Assembly: GCA_965238275.1 (NCBI GenBank)
Contig: OZ250186.1
Span: 480,001-544,000, forward strand
DNA length: 64,000 bases
DNA from: Nitrosopumilus sp.
GTDB taxonomy: Archaea; Thermoproteota; Nitrososphaeria; Nitrososphaerales; Nitrosopumilaceae
Direction of reading: 5' to 3'
Translations under genes and position numbers: made by a program
The notes under the pieces: model-generated
The model's input: the letters and a program-made list of their open reading frames with translations, nothing else
Databases searched by the model: none
What the model was told of the DNA's origin: nothing
In this document: in pieces, positions 50,809 through 60,241 of the stretch
Layout: the number at the start of each line of letters is the position of its first letter
How positions within the stretch are numbered: position 1 is the stretch's first letter

Positions 50809-51509
50809 GCCCGAATCGCCATCATCCTTGTATCCTCAATAACGGCCCTGCCGTCCTTTATCGAGATGACCTTGTCGACATCCCCAAAGTGCTCGCGGTC
50901 GTGTGTAACCACGATGAATGTCTGGTTGAGTTTTCTGGCCATCGACTTCATCAGCTGGACGACCGTATCAGAGGTGACTGAATCCAGGTTCCCTGTGGGC
51001 TCGTCTGCAAGCACCAGCGCAGGCTTGTTTACCATCCCCCGGGCAATGGCTGCCCTCTGGGCCTGCCCGCCGGATATCTTGTTTGCGCGCTTGTTCATCT
51101 GGCTCTCCATGCCGACTGCCTTGAGCAGGTTGATGGCATCAGTCATGGCGGTTCCGTAGTCGTCTCCGCCTATCTCCCGGGGAAGCATGACGTTTTCCAG
51201 TACGGTAAGATCTGTAAGCAGGTTGGAGGACTGGAATATGAATCCGAGTTTTTTATTCCTGAACGAGGAGATCTGGCCCTCGTCAAGTGCGGTGGTGCCT
51301 GTGTCATCTATAACGACCTCCCCGCGCGTGGGACGGTCAAGCAGGCCTATCATGTTGAGGAGCGTGGACTTGCCGGATCCGGAGCTGCCCACCACCAAGA
51401 CAAACTCTCCCCTCCCTATTGAAAACGAGACATCGTCGAGTGCCTTGACGCGGTTTTCCCCGTCCCCGTATATCTTGCTCACGCCGCGCACCTCCAGTAT
51501 CTTAGACAT
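50805..51509 (-). CDS. ABC transporter ATP-binding protein (LolD/MacB-like)
   Basis: GSSGSGKST, SGGQAQR, ADEPTGNLD. Confidence 0.95.
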   Translation of the reverse strand: MSKILEVRGVSKIYGDGENRVKALDDVSFSIGRGEFVLVVGSSGSGKSTLLNMIGLLDRPTRGEVVIDDTGTTALDEGQISSFRNKKLGFIFQSSNLLTDLTVLENVMLPREIGGDDYGTAMTDAINLLKAVGMESQMNKRANKISGGQAQRAAIARGMVNKPALVLADEPTGNLDSVTSDTVVQLMKSMARKLNQTFIVVTHDREHFGDVDKVISIKDGRAVIEDTRMMAIRA

Positions 51510-52686
51510 TCCTCATGGCCTCCACGGGCAGCATCTTGGTTGCCCGGTACGACGGGTACAGTGACGCAATTATTGCAAGCGCAAAGGATGTCAGTGCCGT
51601 CTGCCCGATCTTGATCCAGTCGTAGCTGACCTCCAGCGGCAGGCTGTTGTTGAATGTAAGCTTTGTCTCCTTTGCATAGACTGTGTATGTCAGTCCCGCA
51701 GCAGTCCCGGCACCTGCCCCGATGGCCCCGATTATCATACCCTGCAGTATGAAGATTACCAGTATGTCCTTTCTTCGGGCCCCGAGGGATCGCATGACGC
51801 CGATCTCCCTTGTCTTCCCGTTTACCAGCATCATCTGGATGGTAACAATGGCAAAGGCAGATGACATCATTCCAAAGTATCCTATCATGTTTATCATGGC
51901 GATTCCTGACCTGAACCCAGCAAGCTGCTGCTCGGCTGACTCTTCTATGGTCTGGGCTACAAAGTCGCTGTTGGGAAACGAGGTAAGGAAGAGCTCCTTG
52001 ACCTGGCTTGCCTTTGTAGGATCGTTTAGTTTTACCATGAACGAGTCAGAGTTCCCGTCCCGGTCCAGCATGTCCCTGAGGGTGTCAATATGGAGCACGG
52101 CTGCATAGTCAAACCCCTGGCCGCCCGGCGATGCTGCGATCCCGCTTACTGTGAATCGTCTGACCTGCTCCTGCCCCCACCGGTCCACCACCATGACCTT
52201 GATGCTGTCACCCACTATGGCGCCGCCAAGATCCCGTGCTACGGTGGTGCCCAGAACGATGGAGTTTCTTGCAAAGACATAGGTTCCCTCGTTTACCGTC
52301 GTGTGAATGGTCGAGGCACGTATGTCGTTGAAGGGATCAACGCCGATGAGCGGGATGCGCGATTCCTGCACAAGTATTCCGTTCTTGGTCATGTTTATCT
52401 CCCCGGACGATGAAAGCCGGGGCGTTGCAGCATGGACGTACGGGATCCTCTCAAACCAAGATATGAGCGTCCTGTCTGACGTGTCGATATAGTTTCCCTC
52501 GTCTGTGACAAGGATGTCTCCGTTGCGATAGTCGGTGATGTCCCTGACGATTGCATCAAAGAGCCCCTGAAATATTACAAAGTTTACGTGAATGACCAGT
52601 ATTCCTATGGTGACTGCAAGTACTGCGCCCATCAGGCTTCCCTTCTTGTTGAAGAGCATCCGTTTTGCCAGTCGAAATTTGTACAC
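51502..52686 (-). CDS. ABC transporter permease (FtsX/LolE-like)
   Basis: REIGVMRSLGA, YPSYRA..PVEAMR. Confidence 0.93.
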   Translation of the reverse strand: MYKFRLAKRMLFNKKGSLMGAVLAVTIGILVIHVNFVIFQGLFDAIVRDITDYRNGDILVTDEGNYIDTSDRTLISWFERIPYVHAATPRLSSSGEINMTKNGILVQESRIPLIGVDPFNDIRASTIHTTVNEGTYVFARNSIVLGTTVARDLGGAIVGDSIKVMVVDRWGQEQVRRFTVSGIAASPGGQGFDYAAVLHIDTLRDMLDRDGNSDSFMVKLNDPTKASQVKELFLTSFPNSDFVAQTIEESAEQQLAGFRSGIAMINMIGYFGMMSSAFAIVTIQMMLVNGKTREIGVMRSLGARRKDILVIFILQGMIIGAIGAGAGTAAGLTYTVYAKETKLTFNNSLPLEVSYDWIKIGQTALTSFALAIIASLYPSYRATKMLPVEAMRNV

Positions 52687-52778
52687 GTAGTTAATTAAAG
52701 AGTCGGATATTTAATATCTTGTATAGCAAATATTCACATTACAGACAATTTTATATCAAGCGGGCTATTCATGTTGGT

Positions 52779-53687
52779 ATGGACAATCTGGACATACAAA
52801 TTCTGAGCAGGCTGATGAACAACTGCAGGATGTCTGCAAGGCAGATAGCCATGGAAACAGAAAAGACAAGTGCCACGATCAATTCCAGGATTCAGAGGAT
52901 GCAGAGAGACGGCACCATCAGGGAGTTTTCAATCAGGGTAGAGCCGTCCATGTTCGGGTACGGTGTCTTGTACTTTGCAGTATCAGGCGAGGATGCAAAC
53001 AGGATTCTTGAGCAGATATGCCTGGTGGGGGAGCCGTACGTTGTGGTGCCGTGCATAGGGGGGATCACACTATGCAGTATAGTGGTAAGGGAAAACATAC
53101 AGGAGAAGATAGAGATGATAAACGGGCTGATGAAACACGTCCGGATGCTCTTTATCTTTGAGGCAGAGAGTCCGGGGTACGGTCCAAGTCTTACAAAGAC
53201 TGATCTGAGGGTTCTTGGAGAACTGGTCAGGAATCCAAGGCAGAGGATTGAGACGGTTGCATCCAAGACGTGCTATTCGACCAAGACCGTGGCACGGTGC
53301 ATCACGCGACTGCAGGATAATGACGGGGTGCAGTTTACGCTGGCGTGTGATCCCAGAAGGTTTGATGGTTTCATCTACTATGTCATAATGGTGCAGATAG
53401 ACGGGGATCTGGACAGGACGCTTGGGGATATCAACAGGCAATTCTCCGGGTCGTATCTGCATATTCCGTTTGTTGCAAGGAACCAGATTGTACTTTTCAT
53501 GTCCAGCGACAGCATATTCAGGATGGACGAGCTGACGCATGAGGTGCGGATGGTCAAAAATGTGAGAGCAGCCGATCTCTTCATCCCAAAGAAGATACTG
53601 CTGTACAACAAATGGCTAGAGGGTGCAATGGACAGGGCCGAGAGTCTGCCGGGACTTCATGTGGATGCCAGGCGACTCGGGGACTGA
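52779..53687 (+). CDS. Tandem Lrp/AsnC-family regulator
   Basis: MDNLDIQIL..NCR HTH and a second LTKTDLRVL..NPR HTH. Confidence 0.85.
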   Translation: MDNLDIQILSRLMNNCRMSARQIAMETEKTSATINSRIQRMQRDGTIREFSIRVEPSMFGYGVLYFAVSGEDANRILEQICLVGEPYVVVPCIGGITLCSIVVRENIQEKIEMINGLMKHVRMLFIFEAESPGYGPSLTKTDLRVLGELVRNPRQRIETVASKTCYSTKTVARCITRLQDNDGVQFTLACDPRRFDGFIYYVIMVQIDGDLDRTLGDINRQFSGSYLHIPFVARNQIVLFMSSDSIFRMDELTHEVRMVKNVRAADLFIPKKILLYNKWLEGAMDRAESLPGLHVDARRLGD

Positions 53688-53785
53688 CGGGGTCGGATCG
53701 CCGGCAACCAGGCTGCTGCACCGTCCTTCCATCCGTCCGTCCGGCCGGGACACTGCATGATCCGTCCAATGCAGACCGAATCTGA

Positions 53786-55561
53786 TTAGCGAAGGCTTCT
53801 GGCATTGGGGAGTTTGCTGCTTTTTAATAATGTCAGATGTGTGGTTCTTCCACGGGGATGTTTTTTGACAAGTCCTGATTTGGCCAGTGCGTCAATTCTG
53901 TTTCTTATCAAGGATTCTGTTACCTCTCCGCCGGTAAGTAATTCCACTATTCTCCGTACCGACATGCTGCCGTTGCCAAGTACGATGCAGATCAGTCGAT
54001 CCAGTACATGTCTTCGCAGTCTGACCATAAAGGGTGCAACAATGCCGGTATGGTGTGCAAGATATGTGATCTGCTCATAGATGGGTGTGGTAAAGTCACG
54101 CGTATGGTTTATCTGCTCCTGTTTTTGAATTTCATCCCACACCAAACCCCAGTCAAAAGAACCGTGTTGCAGCTCCTCAGGCCCGGCAGGATTCCCACGA
54201 ACCAGCGACGCCATGTCCTGAATGTCGCCCTCCCGACAGGCAGCCGCCTTTAACAAAAAGACATGTTCGTTTCTTAAGATCCCAATCTTTAATCTTCCAT
54301 AGTTTTTCACATCTGCCATTTCTTGCATCATTGGAGATAGGGAAAGATCTCGCATTATTGTTCCTGCGAACAGATCTATCCTGCTTTTTGTTCCATGGAT
54401 GAATATTTCGCTAGGAGATGTTCTGGCATCCTCGCGTGTACGCTCGGTTTTGGCGGTCCGTAAATATCCCAATTTGGATGTCAGGGTGTCTGCAACAATG
54501 CCAAAAATTTCCTTGTCTGCCACTGCCAGATCACAGTCCTTTGTGCTGGATTTTAATTTTTTAATTCTCATGTTCTCTCCGCCAAACAGATACACGGTAA
54601 TGGGAGTTTCAAGGATCCTGCCCAAATCATCAAATAGTGAATCATCTGATTCCGGCAGAGTGTAGATTGCAGGAGACACGTCATACATTTCGGCCTTGGG
54701 GACAAATTCATTCCACGGCAGGAACCGGTCCGGGTTTTTTAGCAGCCCGTGTCTCACATATGCCTCCACATCCAGCCAGATCTCTGAAATTCCAAACTCT
54801 GATGATCTTTTCCGCAGCTGTAATACATCCATCTTATCCTTGTGTTTTAGATAAAATACGACTCCAATCAGCAACCCCATCTTGTCATTTGAGCGTGCAG
54901 CTACATAGATTGCATGGACCAGCACATCATGTATGTCCAGACCGTCCTTCTGTTGGCAAAAATAATCGTGTGTAGTATGATACTCCACCCCATAATCTGA
55001 AAATAACGAAAAGGCAGTCGTCTCGCCGGAAGCGATTCTGCCTGCAGGCACCTTTCTCAGCACGCGCAGACGATCACTAAAGATGATTTCAGTGCCGTTA
55101 TTTTCGTATTTTTGTGTCAGTTCTGTTCTCAACAGGTTTACAAACAAAACCAGTTGCTTTTTGGATGTATTCAGTTGAATTACGCCATTGTCTTTTATTA
55201 TCGCGCCTATGGATTGAAGATCAGACACGGAGCGATATACAGTATTTTTGGATAATCCCGATTTTCTGATCAGGTGACCAAGAGTGACAGGTTCTGTGGC
55301 ATTTAAAAGAATGATCTCATTTGAATTACAGAGCAGCTTTTCAACATCCATGATTTGGGCAACGTCCCGAAAAAGGACGGTTTTTGGCGTCTCCTTTAGT
55401 CTGACAAGACCAGTCTCTTTCTCGGCATATCCCCGATCACATAGTTCCTTCAGTATGTATGCCAGCCTTCTTTCCTTTATTCCAAGCACGGCCATCAATG
55501 TCCAGGGCTCTCTAGGGCCGTTTACAAGGGATGACAATAACCGAATTGAAGTTATGTTCAT
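53786..55561 (-). CDS. Multi-wHTH / nucleotidyltransferase (DUF6036/AbiEii-like) fusion
   Basis: Two N-terminal HTHs; YLFGG..STKDCD, RIDLF, LLKA..REGDIQD nucleotidyltransferase motifs; C-terminal wHTH. Confidence 0.72.
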   Translation of the reverse strand: MNITSIRLLSSLVNGPREPWTLMAVLGIKERRLAYILKELCDRGYAEKETGLVRLKETPKTVLFRDVAQIMDVEKLLCNSNEIILLNATEPVTLGHLIRKSGLSKNTVYRSVSDLQSIGAIIKDNGVIQLNTSKKQLVLFVNLLRTELTQKYENNGTEIIFSDRLRVLRKVPAGRIASGETTAFSLFSDYGVEYHTTHDYFCQQKDGLDIHDVLVHAIYVAARSNDKMGLLIGVVFYLKHKDKMDVLQLRKRSSEFGISEIWLDVEAYVRHGLLKNPDRFLPWNEFVPKAEMYDVSPAIYTLPESDDSLFDDLGRILETPITVYLFGGENMRIKKLKSSTKDCDLAVADKEIFGIVADTLTSKLGYLRTAKTERTREDARTSPSEIFIHGTKSRIDLFAGTIMRDLSLSPMMQEMADVKNYGRLKIGILRNEHVFLLKAAACREGDIQDMASLVRGNPAGPEELQHGSFDWGLVWDEIQKQEQINHTRDFTTPIYEQITYLAHHTGIVAPFMVRLRRHVLDRLICIVLGNGSMSVRRIVELLTGGEVTESLIRNRIDALAKSGLVKKHPRGRTTHLTLLKSSKLPNARSLR

Positions 55562-55649
55562 TTAGTATTGATAGAGTGCAGTAGTATATCTACTTTTGCA
55601 GTAATATAGTACTAAATATTAAATCATTCAAAGATACGCAAGAGAACCT

Positions 55650-55850
55650 GTGTTTAATGTTCGTCTCTTGAGATGTTCCCGCTGCGGAGGGGATAATTTC
55701 AAGACGGTGCGTCCCGTATCCAAGACGGTGGTAGATTTTGCAGGCAGTACCATGAGTATGATGCTGCACCGTCAGACAACACAAACCCCATACGGGAAAC
55801 ACCTGCAACATAATGAGGAATTTAGGTTTGAGGATTTACCAACAGGCTAA
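55650..55850 (+). CDS. Small CxxC-containing hypothetical protein
   Basis: LRCSRCGG; divergent from the fusion gene. Confidence 0.4.
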   Translation: MFNVRLLRCSRCGGDNFKTVRPVSKTVVDFAGSTMSMMLHRQTTQTPYGKHLQHNEEFRFEDLPTG

Positions 55851-55887
55851 CCGGTGTATAGAATTTAATAGGTAGTGATTCTAGAGA

Positions 55888-56529
55888 GTGCTGTTGAAGG
55901 GTAAATGCGAGATGTGCGGCAAGATTGTGGCGCGGGACCAGATTGGACGGCACATAGTCGAATGCATACAGGGCACCAGAAACGAGGTATTAATCATAAG
56001 GGCCAAGGGAGCAGACAATCCCAGTTATTGGCTCTTTGCCAAGGTACGCAAGAATGCCACACTCTCTGACATGGATGCATTCCTGAGGAACATATGGGTG
56101 GAATGCTGCGGCCACATGAGCGGGTTTTACATCAAAGAACGACAGTACGTAAAGCCGTTTGACAAGGACTTTGTACAGGGTGATGAAAAGCCCATGGATG
56201 CCAAAATCATCGACCTGCTCCAAGAAAAGGACGTTTTCATTTACGAGTATGATTTTGGAACCACCACGACTCTCGAGATGGATTTGTACAAAGTCGTGCA
56301 TGACGACTCTGCCATGAGGAGCCCAGTCAAGCTGCTTGCAAGAAACGAGCCCGTCAGGCACAGGTGTATGGTGTGCAAAAAGAACGCCGCTTGGTTGTGT
56401 AGCGAATGCATGTACGAAGGTAACGCAGCCCTCTGCAAGCCGTGTGCGGGGAAACACAAATGCGGTCTTGACATGATGTTGCAGATTACAAACTCGCCAA
56501 GGGTAGGAATGTGCGGGTATGGTGGCTAG
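55888..56529 (+). CDS. pRiA4b ORF-3-like protein with Zn-binding motifs
   Basis: FLRNIWVECCGHMSGF, YEYDFG, NSPRVGMCGY. Confidence 0.8.
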   Translation: MLLKGKCEMCGKIVARDQIGRHIVECIQGTRNEVLIIRAKGADNPSYWLFAKVRKNATLSDMDAFLRNIWVECCGHMSGFYIKERQYVKPFDKDFVQGDEKPMDAKIIDLLQEKDVFIYEYDFGTTTTLEMDLYKVVHDDSAMRSPVKLLARNEPVRHRCMVCKKNAAWLCSECMYEGNAALCKPCAGKHKCGLDMMLQITNSPRVGMCGYGG

Positions 56530-56713
56530 CAGTCCCTCGGTGCCAGCTCCCGTGCAAGGATGATGCCCAAGACATTCAGGCCAGCCGTCACATGCAGAAC
56601 TTGCAACTTGCCATTAATCATTCATGAGCATGGCACGGGCATTGCAGATTCGGTGTAACGTGGTGTGTACAGAATACACGTCTGGCATGCGGTCCCTAAC
56701 TGACTTTGCAAGA

Positions 56714-57242
56714 CCGCCTGCCACAGATTAAATAATAACACGCCAGAGTCACCACCGTTGTTGGAGAAGACCAAAGTATATGACGGAAGGATTCTGGGCC
56801 TGAGCCTCTACAAGGGAGAGATCGAGGGAAGGCAGGTCACGCGCGAGGTAATCGAGCATCGCGGGGCGGCAGCCATTTTGGCATTTGACGGGGACGACAT
56901 AATCATGGTCAGGCAGCACAGGTTCCCCCACGGGTATGTCCTGGAGATTCCTACTTTGTCGTCCCGCAGGAACGCTCGAGGAGGGAGAGGAGCCGCATGA
57001 GACCAGACAGGTACTGCTGAACCAAATCGTATTGTCGTTGATCGCGTTTCTTTGTAGTCATTAGGCGATGCCGTGATCTGCCGATCCATATCTTTTGTCA
57101 TCCGGGGGTATATGTCTCTAGGACACACCCGCCTGCCACAGATTAAATAATAACACGCCAGAGTCACCACCGTTGTTGGAGAAGACCAAAGTATATGACG
57201 GAAGGATTCTGGGCCTGAGCCTCTACAAGGGAGAGATCGAGG
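56714..57242 (+). repeat. Exact 114-bp duplication of the NUDIX upstream region and 5' end
   Basis: 56714-56827 identical to 57129-57242. Confidence 0.95.
56758..57000 (+). pseudogene. NUDIX hydrolase copy 1 (5' half, frameshifted by a 13-bp insertion)
   Basis: REVIEHRGAAAI..VRQHR..LEIP, then an insertion at 56952-56964. Confidence 0.85.
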
Positions 57243-57538
57243 AGGGAGAGGAGCCGGTAAAATGCGCATTCAGGGAGCTCAAAGAGGAGACAGGATACGC
57301 CGCAGAGACCATGACCCCGCTAATCACATACTATCCCTCAATCGGCTACAACATGGAGGCAATACACTGCTTTGTGGCATCCGGCCTCAGAAAGACATCC
57401 GGGCAAGACCTCGATGAGGACGAGATACTCTCGGTGGTAAGGATGAGGCCAGGGGAGATTCTTGAGGGGATACGGTCAGGCAAGATTCAGGACTCCAAGA
57501 CCATATGCGCGGTGCTGATGCATCTTGCGCAGTCCTGA
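57173..57538 (+). CDS. NUDIX hydrolase copy 2 (ADP-ribose pyrophosphatase-like) with a 47-codon in-frame deletion
   Basis: Nudix box GEIEEGEEPVKCAFRELKEETGY; IQDSKT. Confidence 0.7.
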   Translation: MLEKTKVYDGRILGLSLYKGEIEEGEEPVKCAFRELKEETGYAAETMTPLITYYPSIGYNMEAIHCFVASGLRKTSGQDLDEDEILSVVRMRPGEILEGIRSGKIQDSKTICAVLMHLAQS

Positions 57539-58513
57539 CTACTTGTAAATGGGTTTTACCAGGTCGGCAAGATCCGCCCACGACTGTGTTATCCTCTCAA
57601 ACATGTATACCAGATCAAGAAACTCCAGGGGAACCTGCCCCCTGCCCAGAGTCGTCCTCAGGCGTATCAGGTCGTCTTCGAAGATCTTGTGGAGCGATAT
57701 GGCCTGGATTGCCAAAAGCCTGTCAGGTGCGGTAAACGCTTCAATTGACTTTTGGCCCAGCTGCTCAAATCCGCGCACCGCATCATAAATTCTCTCGGAG
57801 TGATCCCCGGACAGGGACGAGTTGATGACCATCCCTGAGAGAAGCACTATGGAGTCGCCTGCCCTCTCAAGCAGACTTGCAGCAACCCTGTAGTCCAGCA
57901 CGTCGACGTTTTCCAGGTTGAACGCACTTGCCAGCCTCTTGTCTACAAGCGTGCTGCGAATAAGGCGCACAAGCAGAAAGTACTGCCGGTTCACCTCAAC
58001 ATCGCGCTTTGACATGGTCTGCAGGTTGGACCTGTCATCAGAGATCAGCCCCCGTATCACCTCGTCGTACATGCCAAGCGCAATTGAGCTCATCCTTTTG
58101 AGGATCCTCCCGGGATTCAGGGTGGCAACATCAATGAGAAACTGCATGTTGATGTGCGAGGCGTCTTCTTCGATGATCTCCATTCCGACCAGCCTCCTCA
58201 TGGAGTTGCGGATCTTCTCCCTGTCCTGGACAGGAATGTTGCGCTTTGAATTAATCCTGATTACGTCAAATCCCAGAAGGTACGCACCCGTAATGTCAGC
58301 CACGATGTTCTCCTCCTCAGGTAACGGATACGATATTACAATCTCCCGGGCATGCCGCGCAGCCGGATTTGCAGATATGGAGACGCTTTCCGGGCCTGCG
58401 TCAAGTTCCACCTGGCTTCCCTTACCCAGGTTATTTGCATCAATCCACTCCTTTGGCAGCGATACCAGCATGCTGTTTCCTATCCTCTGCAGGCGCCGGA
58501 TGAATTTAACCAA
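57539..58513 (-). CDS. phoU: AbrB-PhoU phosphate uptake regulator
   Basis: RRLQRIGNSMLVSLPKEW, AYLLGFD, LERAGD. Confidence 0.88.
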   Translation of the reverse strand: MVKFIRRLQRIGNSMLVSLPKEWIDANNLGKGSQVELDAGPESVSISANPAARHAREIVISYPLPEEENIVADITGAYLLGFDVIRINSKRNIPVQDREKIRNSMRRLVGMEIIEEDASHINMQFLIDVATLNPGRILKRMSSIALGMYDEVIRGLISDDRSNLQTMSKRDVEVNRQYFLLVRLIRSTLVDKRLASAFNLENVDVLDYRVAASLLERAGDSIVLLSGMVINSSLSGDHSERIYDAVRGFEQLGQKSIEAFTAPDRLLAIQAISLHKIFEDDLIRLRTTLGRGQVPLEFLDLVYMFERITQSWADLADLVKPIYK

Positions 58514-58578
58514 TTTATACTAGTTTTATTAATTTAATCCATATTCTTATATTTTGTGTACAATTTAAACTTAGGATA

Positions 58579-59484
58579 ATGAAAGCCACGGCATTTTGCC
58601 CTGCCCACGTTACAGGATTCTTCGGCGTATATCCGGATGGGGGACATGCCATTACGGGATCCGTTGGCGCCGGGTTCTCAATAAAGCACGGGGTTACAAC
58701 CAGGGCAAGGGTGGAGCCCAGAGGGGATGGAGAACCATACTTTAGGATAACCACGGACACGTACAAATCGGAGAACACGGATGTCTCCAAGTTCGTGCTA
58801 GATGAGTTTGCGGGGATGGGGGATTATTCGGATAAACTGTTTGATGTAAGGCACGAGATAACCGTACCAGTGGGGTATGGCCTGGGATCAAGCGGCGCAG
58901 TCGCGCTGTCCACGGCGTACGCGCTGGACAGGGCCCTTGGAACCGGGCTGGAACAGACCAAGATAGGGGAGATTGCCCACAATGCAGAGATTGCATGCAA
59001 GACCGGGCTTGGAGACGTCCTGGCGTCATTCCATGGGGGATTTGAGATCCGCCTCAGGCCGGGGGCACCGGGGACGGGCGTCGTTCAAAAGATACCGGCA
59101 GACGGCGTCAGAATAGTCATGATATGCTTTTCGCCCATCTCAACCCGAGAGTTTATCAAGGAACGGCTCCCGAGGATCAACGGGATTGGTGGAATAATGG
59201 TGGACAGGCTGCAAGCATCACAGGATTTTGGAGACTTTCAGGACATGTCCCTTGAATTTGCAAGCCGGGTCGGTGTAATGACTCCCAGAATGCAAAGCGT
59301 GGCTGACAGGCTCTCACAGAACGGCATCAAGTGCGGCGTTGCACTGTTTGGCGAGACTATCTTTTCAATGATACCAAAGGATGAGGGGGAGGAACGCATT
59401 CTTGGGATTCTGCAGGAGTATCCTGAGGGAATTGTGATAAGATCGGAGCTGGATGATGTCGGAGCAAGAGTCGTTGGCGACTGA
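58579..59484 (+). CDS. Pantoate kinase (GHMP family)
   Basis: PAHVTGFF, PVGYGLGSSGA, TGLGDV. Confidence 0.9.
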   Translation: MKATAFCPAHVTGFFGVYPDGGHAITGSVGAGFSIKHGVTTRARVEPRGDGEPYFRITTDTYKSENTDVSKFVLDEFAGMGDYSDKLFDVRHEITVPVGYGLGSSGAVALSTAYALDRALGTGLEQTKIGEIAHNAEIACKTGLGDVLASFHGGFEIRLRPGAPGTGVVQKIPADGVRIVMICFSPISTREFIKERLPRINGIGGIMVDRLQASQDFGDFQDMSLEFASRVGVMTPRMQSVADRLSQNGIKCGVALFGETIFSMIPKDEGEERILGILQEYPEGIVIRSELDDVGARVVGD

Positions 59485-60241
59485 CCCTGTGCCAGAGTCG
59501 CATCCAAGGGCCAAGTCCCTCCGGATCCGCAACAGGCTGATCGACGGATTCGAGCAGGGGCTTGTGGCCACAGAGGGACTGCTGGCACACGGAAGGGGCG
59601 AGGCCTTTGACTACATACTTGGAGAGGAGACGAGCTATTCGGCAAGGCGCGCCATCAGCGCAGCTGCTGCCCTCATAATCATGGCCAGAAGACCGGTAAT
59701 CTCTGTAAACGGGAACGTTGCAGCGTTGTGCCCCGGGCACGTAGTCAAGCTTGCAGGGCAGATAGGCGCCACGCTGGAAGTCAACCTGTTTTATGCCAGC
59801 GTCAGAAGAAAGGATGCGGTGGCAGCAGCCCTCAGGGAGAACGGGGGAGAAGGGGTCCTTGGGATGGATTCGGATGACTCTGGGGTACTGTCAGGGATAG
59901 ATTCTGCAAGGAAGGTATCAGACAAGAGGGGAATACTTACAGCAGACGTGGTCGTCGTTCCACTGGAGGACGGGGACAGGACTGCGGCGCTGGTCAAGGC
60001 AGGAAAGAAGGTCATCACCTTTGACCTGAACCCGCTGTCAAGGACGGCACAGACTGCAAGCGTTACCATCGTGGACAACGTGATGCGGGCAATCAGCCTG
60101 CTGACTGCAGAGTGCAGGAGGCTCCAGGCAGAGGACAAGACAGTCCTTGAGGGAATCATGTCAGGCTTTGACAACAAAGAGAACCTCAGGGAATCCATGA
60201 TGCAGATAAGGAACAACCTGGAAAGAATGGCCGATGCATAA
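59453..60241 (+). CDS. Phosphopantothenate synthetase (archaeal PPS)
   Basis: HPRAKSL, AHGRGEAFDY, PLEDGDR, DLNPLSRT. Confidence 0.93.
   Translation: MMSEQESLATDPVPESHPRAKSLRIRNRLIDGFEQGLVATEGLLAHGRGEAFDYILGEETSYSARRAISAAAALIIMARRPVISVNGNVAALCPGHVVKLAGQIGATLEVNLFYASVRRKDAVAAALRENGGEGVLGMDSDDSGVLSGIDSARKVSDKRGILTADVVVVPLEDGDRTAALVKAGKKVITFDLNPLSRTAQTASVTIVDNVMRAISLLTAECRRLQAEDKTVLEGIMSGFDNKENLRESMMQIRNNLERMADA

Noticed and set aside
56940-56975. 13-nt insertion as a bulge-helix-bulge mRNA intron
   Set aside because: The best BHB pairing is imperfect and its cut sites would not restore the frame
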